Positions 20,952 through 30,876 of a stretch of 64,000 nucleotides of DNA are shown here, one piece after another. The stretch lies in the NCBI GenBank assembly GCA_963797555.1, contig CAWCPV010000003.1, positions 224,001 to 288,000 on the forward strand, read 5' to 3'. The notes below the pieces were generated by a model, which saw only the letters and a program-made list of their open reading frames with translations, did no database searches and was not told the origin of the DNA. The translations under genes and the position numbers were made by a program. Numbering within the stretch: the first letter of the stretch is position 1; each line of letters begins with the position of its first letter. The DNA is from an uncultured Gammaproteobacteria bacterium (GTDB taxonomy: Bacteria > Pseudomonadota > Gammaproteobacteria > CAWCPV01).

Positions 20952-23761
20952 CTACTGCAGTGCTTCGTCCACCAGGGCCATCTGCTGCTCGACATGCATG
21001 GTGAAGTAGCCCACGGCCGGAGATGCGGAGGCTGGTCGGCCCGCATAGCGCAGCTCCTGGCCCGGTCGCAAACAGGCGCGGAGGTGGTGCTGACTCTGGT
21101 ACCAGGCGCCCTGGTTCTGCGGCTCCTCCTGACACCACACCACGTCTTTGGCACGTCCGTAGCGCCGCAGCTCTTCGGTCAGCAAGTCCCGGGGAAAGGG
21201 ATAGAGCTGCTCGATGCGCACGATGACCGCGTGTCCCAGCTCGCGCGACCGACGTTGTTCTTGCAGGTCATAGTACACTTTTCCACTGCACAGAACGACG
21301 CGCTCCACGTCTGCCGGTCGTAGGGCGTCCAGATCCCCGATGACAGACCGGAACCCGCCGTTGGACAGGTCTTCCAGGGAGGACATGGCCAGCTTGTGAC
21401 GCAGCAGACTCTTCGGGCTCATTACCACCAGCGGCTTGCGATAGGGCCTGAGCACTTGACGTTGCAGCATGTGGAAGAGCTGGGCGGGCGTGGTGGGGAC
21501 GCATACCTGGATGTTGTGCTCAGCGCACAGCTGAAGGTAACGTTCCAAGCGTGCGGACGAGTGCTCCGGCCCTTGCCCCTCGTATCCGTGGGGCAGCAGC
21601 ATCACCAGACCGCATAGCCGCGCCCACTTGAGCTCCCCAGAGCTGATGAACTGATCGATGACCACCTGCGCCCCGTTCGCGAAATCCCCGAACTGCGCCT
21701 CCCAGATGACCAAGGCGTTGGGCTCTGCGGTGCTGTAGCCGTATTCGAAGCCGAGCACCGCTTCCTCGGAGAGCGGTGAATCGATGACCGTGAAGCAGCC
21801 TTGTCTTTCATCCACGTGCTGGAGCGGCACGTAGATACTGCCGTCCTTCTGACTATGCAGCACCGCGTGACGGTGGAAGAAGGTCCCCCGCGCACTGTCT
21901 TGCCCGGAGAGCCGGACCTGGTATCCCACCTTGGCCAGTGTCGCGTAGGCCAGGGTTTCCGCGAACCCCCAGTCCACGGGCGCGGCCCCGGCCGCCATCT
22001 TGCGGCGGTCCTCCATGATACGCGCCACCCGCGGGTGCAACTGAAAGCCCTCCGGCACATGCTGCAGGCGGTCCGCCAGCGCCCTCAAGCTGTCCACGGC
22101 CACCGCCGTGTCCACGGGTTGCGTCCAGTGCGTCCCCTGGTAGGGCGTCCAGTCGACGCCGAACGGATGCGGCAGAATGGGAGACAAATGGGGGGCCACG
22201 ACACCCCCCTCGTCCAGCGCCCGCCGGTAGCGTTCGGCCATGTCCTCCATCTCAGCCCGCTTGACGAGGCCCTCTTGCGCCAGCCGATCGGCATAGATCT
22301 GGGGCGCTGTGGGGTGCTCCCGAATCTTGCGGTACATCATCGGCTGCGTGACTGCAGGCTCGTCCGCCTCACTGTGACCGTGACGCCGGTAACAGACCAC
22401 ATCCACCACCACGTCGTTCTTGAATTTCACGCGGTAATCGACGGCGATCTGGGTCGCGAACAGCACCGCCTCCGGATCGTCACCGTTCACGTGCAGAATC
22501 GGCGCCTGAACCAACTTGCCCACGTCGGTGCAGTACAACGTGGAGCGGGCGTCCAGCGGGTTGCTGGTGGTGAAACCGATCTGGTTGTTGACCACGACGT
22601 GAACCGTCCCGCCGGTGCTGAACCCGCGCGCTCCGGACAGATTGAAGGTCTCCATCACGACCCCCTGCCCGGCGAACGCCGCATCGCCGTGTATGAGCAC
22701 CCCGAGAACCTGCGCATCTCCGCCCAGGCCGCGGCGCTGTTGGCGTGCGCGCACGGAGCCCTGCACCACGGGGTCGATGATCTCCAGGTGCGATGGGTTG
22801 AACGCGAGCGCCAGGTGCACCTCCGCGCCGGACGTTCTGACGTCGGAGGAGTACCCCAGGTGATACTTCACATCTCCAGAGCCACCGTGGATGTCGACGT
22901 CATACTTGCCCTCGAACTCCAGAAACAGATCCTTCGGTGATTTTCCGAGAATGTTAGTGAGCACGTTCAGCCGACCGCGATGTGCCATCCCGATGACGAT
23001 TTCCCGGACACCAGCGGCAGCTCCCCGCTGAATCAGCGCGTCCAAGAGAGCAATCAGTGCCTCCCCCCCTCCAGCGAGAAGCGCTTCTGGCCTACGTACT
23101 TGGTGTGCAGGTAGCGTTCCAGACCCTCGGCTGCGATCAGCCTCTCCAAGAGCTGCCGGCGCAAGGCCGCAGGCAAACGACGGTGCCGCCCCTCTTCCAG
23201 GCGACGCTGCAGCCAGGCTCGTTCCTCGGCGTCGAGAATGTGCATGTACTCCGCCCCGAGCGCTCCGCAATAAACTTCCCGCAGGATAGCCACGATCTCG
23301 CGCAGCGGCAGACGGTCCGGAGCGGCCAGAGACCCGGTGTTGAACAGCCTGTCCAGGTCCGCGCCAGTCAGGTGATAGAACGCCGGATCGAGATCCGGAA
23401 TGTCAGGACGCGTTCGCAATTTGAGAGGGTCCACCTCGGCCACCTGGTGCCCGCGCATCCGGTATGCGGCGATCAGTCTTTGCACCGCGGCCTCCTTGTC
23501 GGCTGCGGCGCCTTCCAGTTCGGTGACCGCACGAGCAATGGGGCGGTGCGCCCAGGAGGGGACGCGCCGCGCCGCAGCCGGCATGGCACGGGGTGGCGTG
23601 GCTATCCCTTCCTGCAGGAGAGCGAAATAGCGGCGCCAGTCACCGTCGACGGAGTCGGGATCACGCAGATACCGGCTGTACAGATCCTCGATAAAGGCCG
23701 CATTGCCGCCGTAAAGATAAGACGTCTCCTCGAACGTTTTCGCTGAGCCGTTTCCGTTCAT
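20952..23761 (-). CDS. sucA: 2-oxoglutarate dehydrogenase E1; frameshift in a C/G homopolymer near 23065
   Basis: [12 protein letters not shown] split across ORFs 23054-23896 and 20952-23270; [10 protein letters not shown]; [12 protein letters not shown]. Confidence 0.95.
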
Positions 23762-24008
23762 GGCTGTCTTCGGTCTCAAACCCTTGCGTCGAAATCTTGG
23801 GGTTCTCTCCGCTAGATAGGGACCGCGTTGCGGCCTCGAAGTTTTGCCGCTCCGATTATAGTCGAGCGGTCTAGGCGTGCAATGAGCATGGCGCAACCGC
23901 CTTGACTATTTTACCCGCAAAGAGTTTCTATATGTTCTTGCAGCCTTTTTTCGAGAGGCCCCAACACCGGAGCCCGGAAACGGCCTCTCCGACGCGACGG
24001 AGGGAGCC

Positions 24009-24914
24009 ATGGCCCACGATGCACCTCCCGACCTCCGGGCGCCTGAGGGCTCCGTACCCTGGACCCAGCCCGCCAATGCCCCCGCCGATAGGGCCGAGAC
24101 CTCCGTCGAGCGGGTCGGCCCGCAGAACTTGTCCCTGCTCGCCGGCGGCCACGATTATTCTTATTACGACTATTGCACGAGCGACGCCATCGATCCCCTC
24201 TGGGGTCGGGATACGGACCGGCGTGCCCCATTCGAACGCCCGACATTGGTGTCGGCCGCCGGGGCCTCGGGTACCGGGACTTACTGCCAGGAACGCAAAC
24301 GTCAGTACTTGGAGACCCTGTTCCGTGGCATCTTGCTGCGGTTACTCATGGACGCGGCGAGGACCATGAGCGAAGCGTACGGACAGAGCCTGGCCCTCTG
24401 GCGCAGGACGTTGGCGGGCGAGTGGGGCACATCCGGGTCCGCAGATGCGGCCGGCGACCCATGTGCGGCCACGGCGGACCTGAAACGCATCCTGGAGCTG
24501 CTCGAGGTCCTGGGAACACAGCGTCGACACGTCCGCGAGGCGCTGGATCTTTACACTGCGCCGGGCGGCGAGCTACGCGCCGCGTCGCGGGCAACTTTCC
24601 TGCTGCAGGAGCGGGCACGTATGCAGACGGAGAGGACGGAGCTGGTGCGCGAGGTCGACAAGAACATCCATTTCGCCTTGCACGCTCTGCAGTCGGAACG
24701 CGATCTGCTGCGCTCGGCTGCGACGGGTTCCGAATCACACACCCGCTGGCACCTGTTGCCGAAGGGGACGACCGCGGATACCAGGATCGCGCCGCAGCAG
24801 CATCAGACCGAGCGGCTGACACTGGATGCCAGGATTCGAGCACTGGAGGATAGGCGGCAACGATTGCTGGAGCGCCGGGATGCGCTCAGCCAGGACCTAG
24901 GAACGGTTCACTAA
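24009..24914 (+). CDS. Hypothetical protein with C-terminal coiled coil
   Basis: GGGAG RBS before ATG; 301-aa ORF; heptad-like tail (LDARIRALEDRRQRLLERRDALSQDL). Confidence 0.6.
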   Translation: MAHDAPPDLRAPEGSVPWTQPANAPADRAETSVERVGPQNLSLLAGGHDYSYYDYCTSDAIDPLWGRDTDRRAPFERPTLVSAAGASGTGTYCQERKRQYLETLFRGILLRLLMDAARTMSEAYGQSLALWRRTLAGEWGTSGSADAAGDPCAATADLKRILELLEVLGTQRRHVREALDLYTAPGGELRAASRATFLLQERARMQTERTELVREVDKNIHFALHALQSERDLLRSAATGSESHTRWHLLPKGTTADTRIAPQQHQTERLTLDARIRALEDRRQRLLERRDALSQDLGTVH

Positions 24915-24984
24915 CAACTTAAGCATCTTTTCCTAATGTAAAACCTTCAAAGATTCCGATAGGAACTTGAGATTGGATGATCTT

Positions 24985-25571
24985 CAAGGGAGGATGTGCC
25001 TATCCCAGTACAACACACCGCCCCCGGACAAGGCGGTCGTGCTCTGCTGCGACGAGAAAGACCCAGATGCAGGCGCTGGAGCGCACCCAGCCAGGGCTGC
25101 CCCTCGGCATCGGTCACCTCAGGACGCGCACCCACGACTACATCCGTCACGGCACGCTCACCCTGTTCGCGGCGCTCAACTACTTGGAGGGCAAGCTCAC
25201 CACCGCCCTGGCGCGCAAGCACCGCCATCAGGAGTGGCTCGCGTTTCTGCGCCGCATCGACCGGGAAACCCCCCAGGACTTCGACCTCCATCTTATCCTC
25301 GACAATTACGCCACCCACAAGCATCAGGCGGTCAAGGCGTGGCTCGCGAAGCACCCGCGCATGCACCTGCACTTCACCCCCACCTCTTAGGCAGCTTTGG
25401 CTCCGTCAAGGCGCTCGCCGAGGCTATCATCGCCTTCCTCGCTGAGCGTAAGGCCCGCCCCAAGCGCTATGTTTGGAACGCCAAGGGCGAGGACATCCTG
25501 CGCAAGATCGTCGCGGCCCGAAACCGGATGGAGCAGATCTGTGCATAGCTATTTGTGAGACACTACACTAG
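24985..25571 (+). pseudogene. IS630-family transposase remnant with right end
   Basis: VVLCCDEK, QALERTQP.LP, THDYIRHGT.TLFAAL, LDNYATHK, HFTPTS* then GSF.SV..L...WNAKGEDIL; end sequence GAGACACTACACTAG. Confidence 0.88.
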
Positions 25572-25604
25572 AGCCGCCGCGCGCCGGGTGACCCCGGCCC
25601 GGAT

Positions 25605-27203
25605 TCAGGAGCTGCAGCCGCCGGTTTCGCTCGGTGCGCCGTTGTGTGCCCGCGCCGGCACGGCGCTCCCTTCGCCGGGAGGCTCGGCGGAAAGTCGCCA
25701 GAGATGACCGCCGCTGTGCACGGGATCCAGCCGGTAGCGACCACTCAGACCCTCCCGCAGCTCACCCCCGGGATGGAACAAGAACACGTCGCTGAACCCG
25801 GCGGGGATCTCGGGGATCTTGCCGTAGTCTGCGAGCAACAGGCGGACCTTGGGCTTCAAAAGGTAGCTCAGGGATAGGACTTCGCCCGGGTTGATCTCCC
25901 CGTTGCTGGAAACGACCAGCGGGCGCTCGCTCTGGTTAATGATGCGCGCCACCTCCGGGTTGAAATAGCTCACGCCTTTGGTCCACCAGGTGTCGGACCG
26001 CGATATGGCAAGGGACGAAAGCGCGCCGCTCAGCAGCACCGCAGCTGCGAGCCCGTGCCCTACCAGTCGCATGCCTGGCTGCGGCGCTCTGAAGGCTGCA
26101 GCCAAGGCGTACCCCACCGAGAGCTGGATCCCCACCCACACCGGCATCAGGTAGCGTGCCTCCGCCGATCGCCGCCCGCCTGCTACGAGATCAGGGACAA
26201 TCACCACGGCAGCACAGACCACGGTCAACAAGGCCAAGAACCGTCTGCTATCTCGGCTCGCCCTGCGATAGACCACGTACGCTGAGACGACCACCAAGAG
26301 TGACGCCGGCACCCACCAATAGTCGCCGGCCGGGAAGTCGAAGAACAGGCGCCCGAGGTGTTGGACCCAGGCTTCGCCCAGATCCGGCAGCCCCAGGTGG
26401 CGGCCCATCCAGGCGGTCACCTGCTGCACTTCAGCGGCCTGGGTTATCAGCAGATAGCCCCAGGGAGCGAACACGGCCGCAGCCACCAGGGTCGCCCGCG
26501 CATACGCCAAGAGGCGCACCCGGCGCCACTCGTCGGTCCGCCCCAGCAGGTACAGGCCATGCACTAGGACCAGGGGCAGGAACAATAGATGCGAGTAGAG
26601 ACCCAGGATCAACGTTACTGTGTAGACGCGCCACGCCCAAAACGTGCCCAGGCGTGAGGCCCGAAGCAAAGCCAAGCTCGACGCGGCCGTGGTCACGGCC
26701 CAGAGCGCGTACTCCCGCGCTTCCTGGGCATAGAGCAGATCGAGTGGGGAGACCGCGACGAGGGCCGCGGCCAATCCCGCACTCCAGCGATCGTCGAACA
26801 GCTCCCGGGCCAGGAAATAGATGAGAGGGATCAGCAGCAGACTCAAGATCGCCGACACAGCCCTGGCGCCGACCTGCGGCCGTTGGAATTCCCCCGCGTA
26901 GAAGTGCGCCAACAGGTAATACAAGGGCCCGTGTTCGGGACGCTGGGCGAGCAAAGCCAGCGTGTCTCGCAGTCCTTTATCGGCCTGCGGGCGCTGATAC
27001 TTCTGCAAGTCGTCCACCGTCACCAGCTCGCCCGTGAAGGTCTCTCGGATGAACTGCTCGAGCGGGTAACCGAAGATGCGCAGTGAGGTATGAGTCTCGT
27101 CGTGCCAGTAGACCTTGCGGTCCAGGTGGGAGATGCGCAGCCACACCCCAAACGCCATCAGAAGCAGGAGCACCAGGACTCGCCAGTTCAAGCGCACCTG
27201 CAT
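25605..27203 (-). CDS. GT-C membrane glycosyltransferase (PMT_2/ArnT-like, GT39/GT83)
   Basis: KVYWHDE, EHGPLYY, SP...YAQEAREYAL, many TM segments. Confidence 0.85.
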   Translation of the reverse strand: MQVRLNWRVLVLLLLMAFGVWLRISHLDRKVYWHDETHTSLRIFGYPLEQFIRETFTGELVTVDDLQKYQRPQADKGLRDTLALLAQRPEHGPLYYLLAHFYAGEFQRPQVGARAVSAILSLLLIPLIYFLARELFDDRWSAGLAAALVAVSPLDLLYAQEAREYALWAVTTAASSLALLRASRLGTFWAWRVYTVTLILGLYSHLLFLPLVLVHGLYLLGRTDEWRRVRLLAYARATLVAAAVFAPWGYLLITQAAEVQQVTAWMGRHLGLPDLGEAWVQHLGRLFFDFPAGDYWWVPASLLVVVSAYVVYRRASRDSRRFLALLTVVCAAVVIVPDLVAGGRRSAEARYLMPVWVGIQLSVGYALAAAFRAPQPGMRLVGHGLAAAVLLSGALSSLAISRSDTWWTKGVSYFNPEVARIINQSERPLVVSSNGEINPGEVLSLSYLLKPKVRLLLADYGKIPEIPAGFSDVFLFHPGGELREGLSGRYRLDPVHSGGHLWRLSAEPPGEGSAVPARAHNGAPSETGGCSS

Positions 27204-27498
27204 CCCCAAGCCGGCCGACCGCGTCGTCCCGCCGTCGTGGGAAGTCGCTGGCTTGAGGCCGGCGGACGTCGTTCGATACTCTGACCCGGACCAAGCCCCG
27301 CGGTACCGTCCAAGGCCAGCCCTCTCATCCACCGCCGCCACCTTGTCGAACCATGTCGCCCACCGCATCCACTTTCCGAGTCGCCATTCCGCATCGGTTC
27401 GCGGCGGTCGACCGGACAGTCCGGCCAAGCGTCCCCGCGCCCGCTCCGTATGGGGCGACCCAAGATGGTCGCGCCGACCCATAACCTGCGAAGGCACC

Positions 27499-27729
27499 GA
27501 GAGGTTGTAAGCAAGTCTGCTGCACATTCCGATGGCGGGGTTGCGCGCTGCTCATGGCGTACCTCCTGTACGCCACTCCTTTAGGGGCGTCCCGCGGACG
27601 TGGCGAATGGCTATCCCGCCATTCGCTCGCTCCTCGCCCGCCTGCTCGATGCTTCCCTGCTCGATGCTTCGCGTCGCAGCGCTCCGGGCGCCGTGCTCTG
27701 GGGTAGCTCGCGACTTCTTCACAAGCTTT
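27499..27729 (+). mobile_element. MITE-like hairpin-rich repeat, copy 2
   Basis: TIRs GAGAGGTTGTAAGCAAGTC / GACTTCTTCACAAGC; hairpins GGCGTAC/GTACGCC and CGAATGGC/GCCATTCG; internal 15-bp tandem repeat CCTGCTCGATGCTTC x2. Confidence 0.7.
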
Positions 27730-28504
27730 GAGCCGCTCTCAAGCAGCCACGGACTCGGAAGGAGACAGCGCGGCCGGGGTACATTTAAGTCGTCGCATTC
27801 TTAGCCTTCCCCCCGCCCAACGGTTACTATACGAGCGTCACGATGCCTTGTCGATAAGCGCCCCGCGCGTGTTTGGCCCCGAGTAGTAACGTCCCCTCGG
27901 CGCGAGCCAAAAAGGGCCCCTTTAGCGGCGACCGATGGGGGTATGGGTCTTCACAAGCTCTCAGGGACCGTGGTACAAACCGTCCGCGGCGGATACGGAG
28001 CGTGCAAGATCCCGCCCGCGCGGGTTCGGGGCACGAAGAAGAACAGGCAAGCAGTGGAACCGGCCCTCACCAGGCTGAAACGCCCACGGAGCGAGCCTCC
28101 CGTCGTTCAGCTTGGTGGTGCCGGGCGGCTGTATTGCGCGGAGGAGGAGACGCCCAGCAGGACCGGTTCCTAGGATGGCGAAGCAATGCTCGTGCCACCG
28201 TGCAGGAGAGGGCGCAACCCCGCGTCACAGCCGTTGGGACGCGCATGGTGGCCTGAAGCTATCGTTATGTGCTCGCACGGCAATGGTGCAGGGCGCCACC
28301 GCTCGGGGCATAGAAACCCCGCCAAGCGGTGAGGGCCGCCTCCGCCTCGGATCAGGAGAAGGCGCTGCGGCTGCCCAGGCGGCGACTAGCGGGGGTTCTT
28401 GGACACGTGGCCGGCTCCAAAGGTCAATGATCTCGTTTGTAGACACTCGACTCCTCCGCGGGTACCCATTGGTAAGTCACCGCTACCCCCCATTCGCCTG
28501 CAAA

Positions 28505-28790
28505 TATCTCAAGAAACAGAACTGAGGGCAGCTGAATCTCATGCAGTCTGTGCCCAGTGGGTTGATCTCGAAGCCCAATGCGGCGGCACGCCGCTTCAGG
28601 GCTGCGATGCTGCGCTGGCGCTGCTGTTTCTTCGTAGCGCTGCTGGCTTTGGTCGACGAAGGCCTCGCCGCGGGTCATCATGAAGTACACCATGCGGGTG
28701 AGCTTGCGGCCGGTGGCGGTGTTGGCCCGCGGCTTGTCCATGCGGGCGCACAGCCGCCGGCAGAACGCGCCGAGGGGCTGTGCGCCTTTT
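28505..28790 (-). pseudogene. IS110-family transposase C-terminal remnant
   Basis: LGAFCRRLCARMDKPRANTATGRKLTRMVYFMMTRGEAFVD, then frameshifted IAALKRRAAALGF. Confidence 0.8.
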
Positions 28791-29010
28791 ACATGCGCTG
28801 CACCCAACTCGCCTGCTCGGTCAGCGGCACCTCGCGGCTTCGCGCCAGTGCACGCACGACGCACAACTCGGCCGTGGCACCCGCAGCAGATTTGTATACA
28901 GGCTCTTACCCGGGCTCTTACCCCGGTTTGGCACCAGGGTACCTCTGGTATAATGAGCGTCGATATAAACCTCTCGATAACCCCGCTCCCACTGGTCTCC
29001 AGGAGTTCCC

Positions 29011-29388
29011 ATGAACCTCTTCAGCCAAGTATTCCTGGCGGTGTTGGCCATTCTGTTTCTTACCACCGTCTACTCTCTCGTTGCCCACATCGTGCGCAAC
29101 CTTCAGCAGGGTCTAAAGCTTCGTGGCAGCTTGGCAGCGCGGGTCGAACAGCTTCGACTCCACAGGATGATCGGAAAGCTTGGCATCGACGTGGGCACGT
29201 ATGTCCATCGCGTGCGCGTGGCGGACGTGGAGAAGCACATGGCCACCTGTCGCGACTGCACCACTCAAACCGCGTGCGACGAGCGAGCGAATCCCGACAC
29301 AGCCGCCGATTACTCTTTCTGCCCCAACCAGGAATCGCTGCGCGACGCCATCGACTTGGCGCAGCGCCGTCCCGGTGCCGTCGCCTGA
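29011..29388 (+). CDS. DUF6455-like membrane-anchored protein with Cys cluster
   Basis: AGGAG RBS; N-terminal TM; CRDC...C...YSFCPN. Confidence 0.75.
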   Translation: MNLFSQVFLAVLAILFLTTVYSLVAHIVRNLQQGLKLRGSLAARVEQLRLHRMIGKLGIDVGTYVHRVRVADVEKHMATCRDCTTQTACDERANPDTAADYSFCPNQESLRDAIDLAQRRPGAVA

Positions 29389-29689
29389 CTCGGTCGCGGC
29401 CCGTATCCATTGAGTTAACGCGCATCCGGGCCTTCCCTCGCGTCCACCCACCCAGGGCGGCCAACGGCGCTCCTTCGGGGGGTTGCTGACGCGAGCACGC
29501 GGAGGTCTATGGCGGGCGCGTTGCAGCTCACGCTCTAGCGTAGTCGCGACCGCTCCTCCTTGAGTTGGTCGCCTGGTCGCTGCCGGTAACTTCGTCGGAT
29601 TCGTCGCCGACACCGCCTCTCGGGACCTAATTTGTCGGGTCGTAGCGTCATTCCGGAACCATGCTTGGTTTCCCTCCGAAGGGATCGCT

Positions 29690-29830
29690 GCCCTTGATCC
29701 AGCGCGGAGCGTTGCGTTTCACGGACAAGGCTTCGTAGTCGGTAGCCGAATCACGGTAGTATTGGCCACGCGAGAGCGTGAAGAAGAGGGTCCGCACCAC
29801 CCTGGTGAGCAGTCCGGGGGGCGAGTCGCT
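29690..29830 (-). pseudogene. Second IS110-family transposase C-terminal remnant
   Basis: RTLFFTLSRGQYYRDSATDYEALSVKRNAPRWIK. Confidence 0.7.
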
Positions 29831-30028
29831 CCAGCGGGTCACGTTAGCTTACGGGTCGAGCCGCCAAGACATTGCACGACCTCTCCCCGCCTTTTCACGG
29901 ACAGCAGATTCACTTACAAGCGTTCTGCAAGAGCACCACCATACGTTGCCAAAGCTAATGTGAACTCTCAAAGAAAAGGGCACCACAACTCCTCAGGTCG
30001 TTTCTGGATATGGCGAGATGCCGGCACC

Positions 30029-30077
30029 GCTAGGTGCTTGCGCAGCCAAGGCTAGGTGCTTGCGCAGCCAAGGCTAG
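30029..30077. repeat. 22-bp perfect tandem duplication
   Basis: GCTAGGTGCTTGCGCAGCCAAG x2 followed by GCTAG. Confidence 0.95.
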
Positions 30078-30453
30078 CCGTGGGATGCATAGTGCGGACG
30101 ACTCAACGCCAAGCTCGCCAGAGATACCCCAATATCGGGAAGGCCGAGTTGAACGGCACCGTCGCACCTGGATCTTTCTGTCACGCTGTGCTATAAACTA
30201 CGCACTGTTGCTGTTACTAGCTACTGGTCGCTTAATCTATTCAGATTTGTTGCAATAACGCAACGCGGCGGGCAGCAGACCCGGATCTTCAACAGCGGCA
30301 CTCAACTATTACCGCGGAGGTCGCCATGAAACAGCTTGGGTTTCCGGGCTGCGGCAGGTCGAGGGCGGGGAGCCGTGCGGATAGGAAGTCGGGCTCGTGC
30401 AAGCCTCCCTACTTGTCCGCGGAGGTCATGACCTTAACCCGATTCACTGAGTC

Positions 30454-30777
30454 ATGACCCCCGGAGAGCTGGCTCAAGAAACCAAAACGTATCGCAGGCG
30501 ACGCGGCGTTAGCCCTGAAACGCGTTCGTTCGGCTTGCTGCCGGCGTTTCTGGACCGTGACACCGGCAGGGTCTTCACCTCCCGGTTTCGCAACGGCCGA
30601 CCGGCTGGCATACATGTCATCGACGGCCTACCCCCCGATCTCGTGCTGGAGCGTAGCGAAACGGGACGTGCCATGGCCATCAAAGAATCCGTGGTCGCGG
30701 GCTTCATCTGCTGCCGCGGGCAGTTCTACACGCGGGAGCAGGCCTCGCGCTTGCTCGGCAGCCATCCGCCCGGTTAG
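30454..30777 (+). CDS. Conserved hypothetical protein
   Basis: PAFLDRDTG....SRF.NGRPA.IH..DGLP...FYTREQA pattern, recalled from uncharacterised proteobacterial proteins. Confidence 0.65.
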   Translation: MTPGELAQETKTYRRRRGVSPETRSFGLLPAFLDRDTGRVFTSRFRNGRPAGIHVIDGLPPDLVLERSETGRAMAIKESVVAGFICCRGQFYTREQASRLLGSHPPG

Positions 30778-30876
30778 GCGCAGCACAACCGGCGGGTGTC
30801 TGTCATCGGGACCACGCACCCCACCGGAGCAGTCTCCCGCCACATCGCGGCCTGCAAGGTTCGACTACCCATTCCA

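Noticed and set aside
23054-23075. Programmed frameshift or phase variation in sucA (also kdsD, ppiC, yyaL, hpnL)
   Set aside because: Scattered single-base indels in core genes, the sucA one in a homopolymer, are best explained as long-read consensus errors; read data are needed to confirm.
28901-28926. 12-bp tandem GGCTCTTACCC(G) upstream of the DUF6455-like gene
   Set aside because: Too short to distinguish a binding site from slippage.
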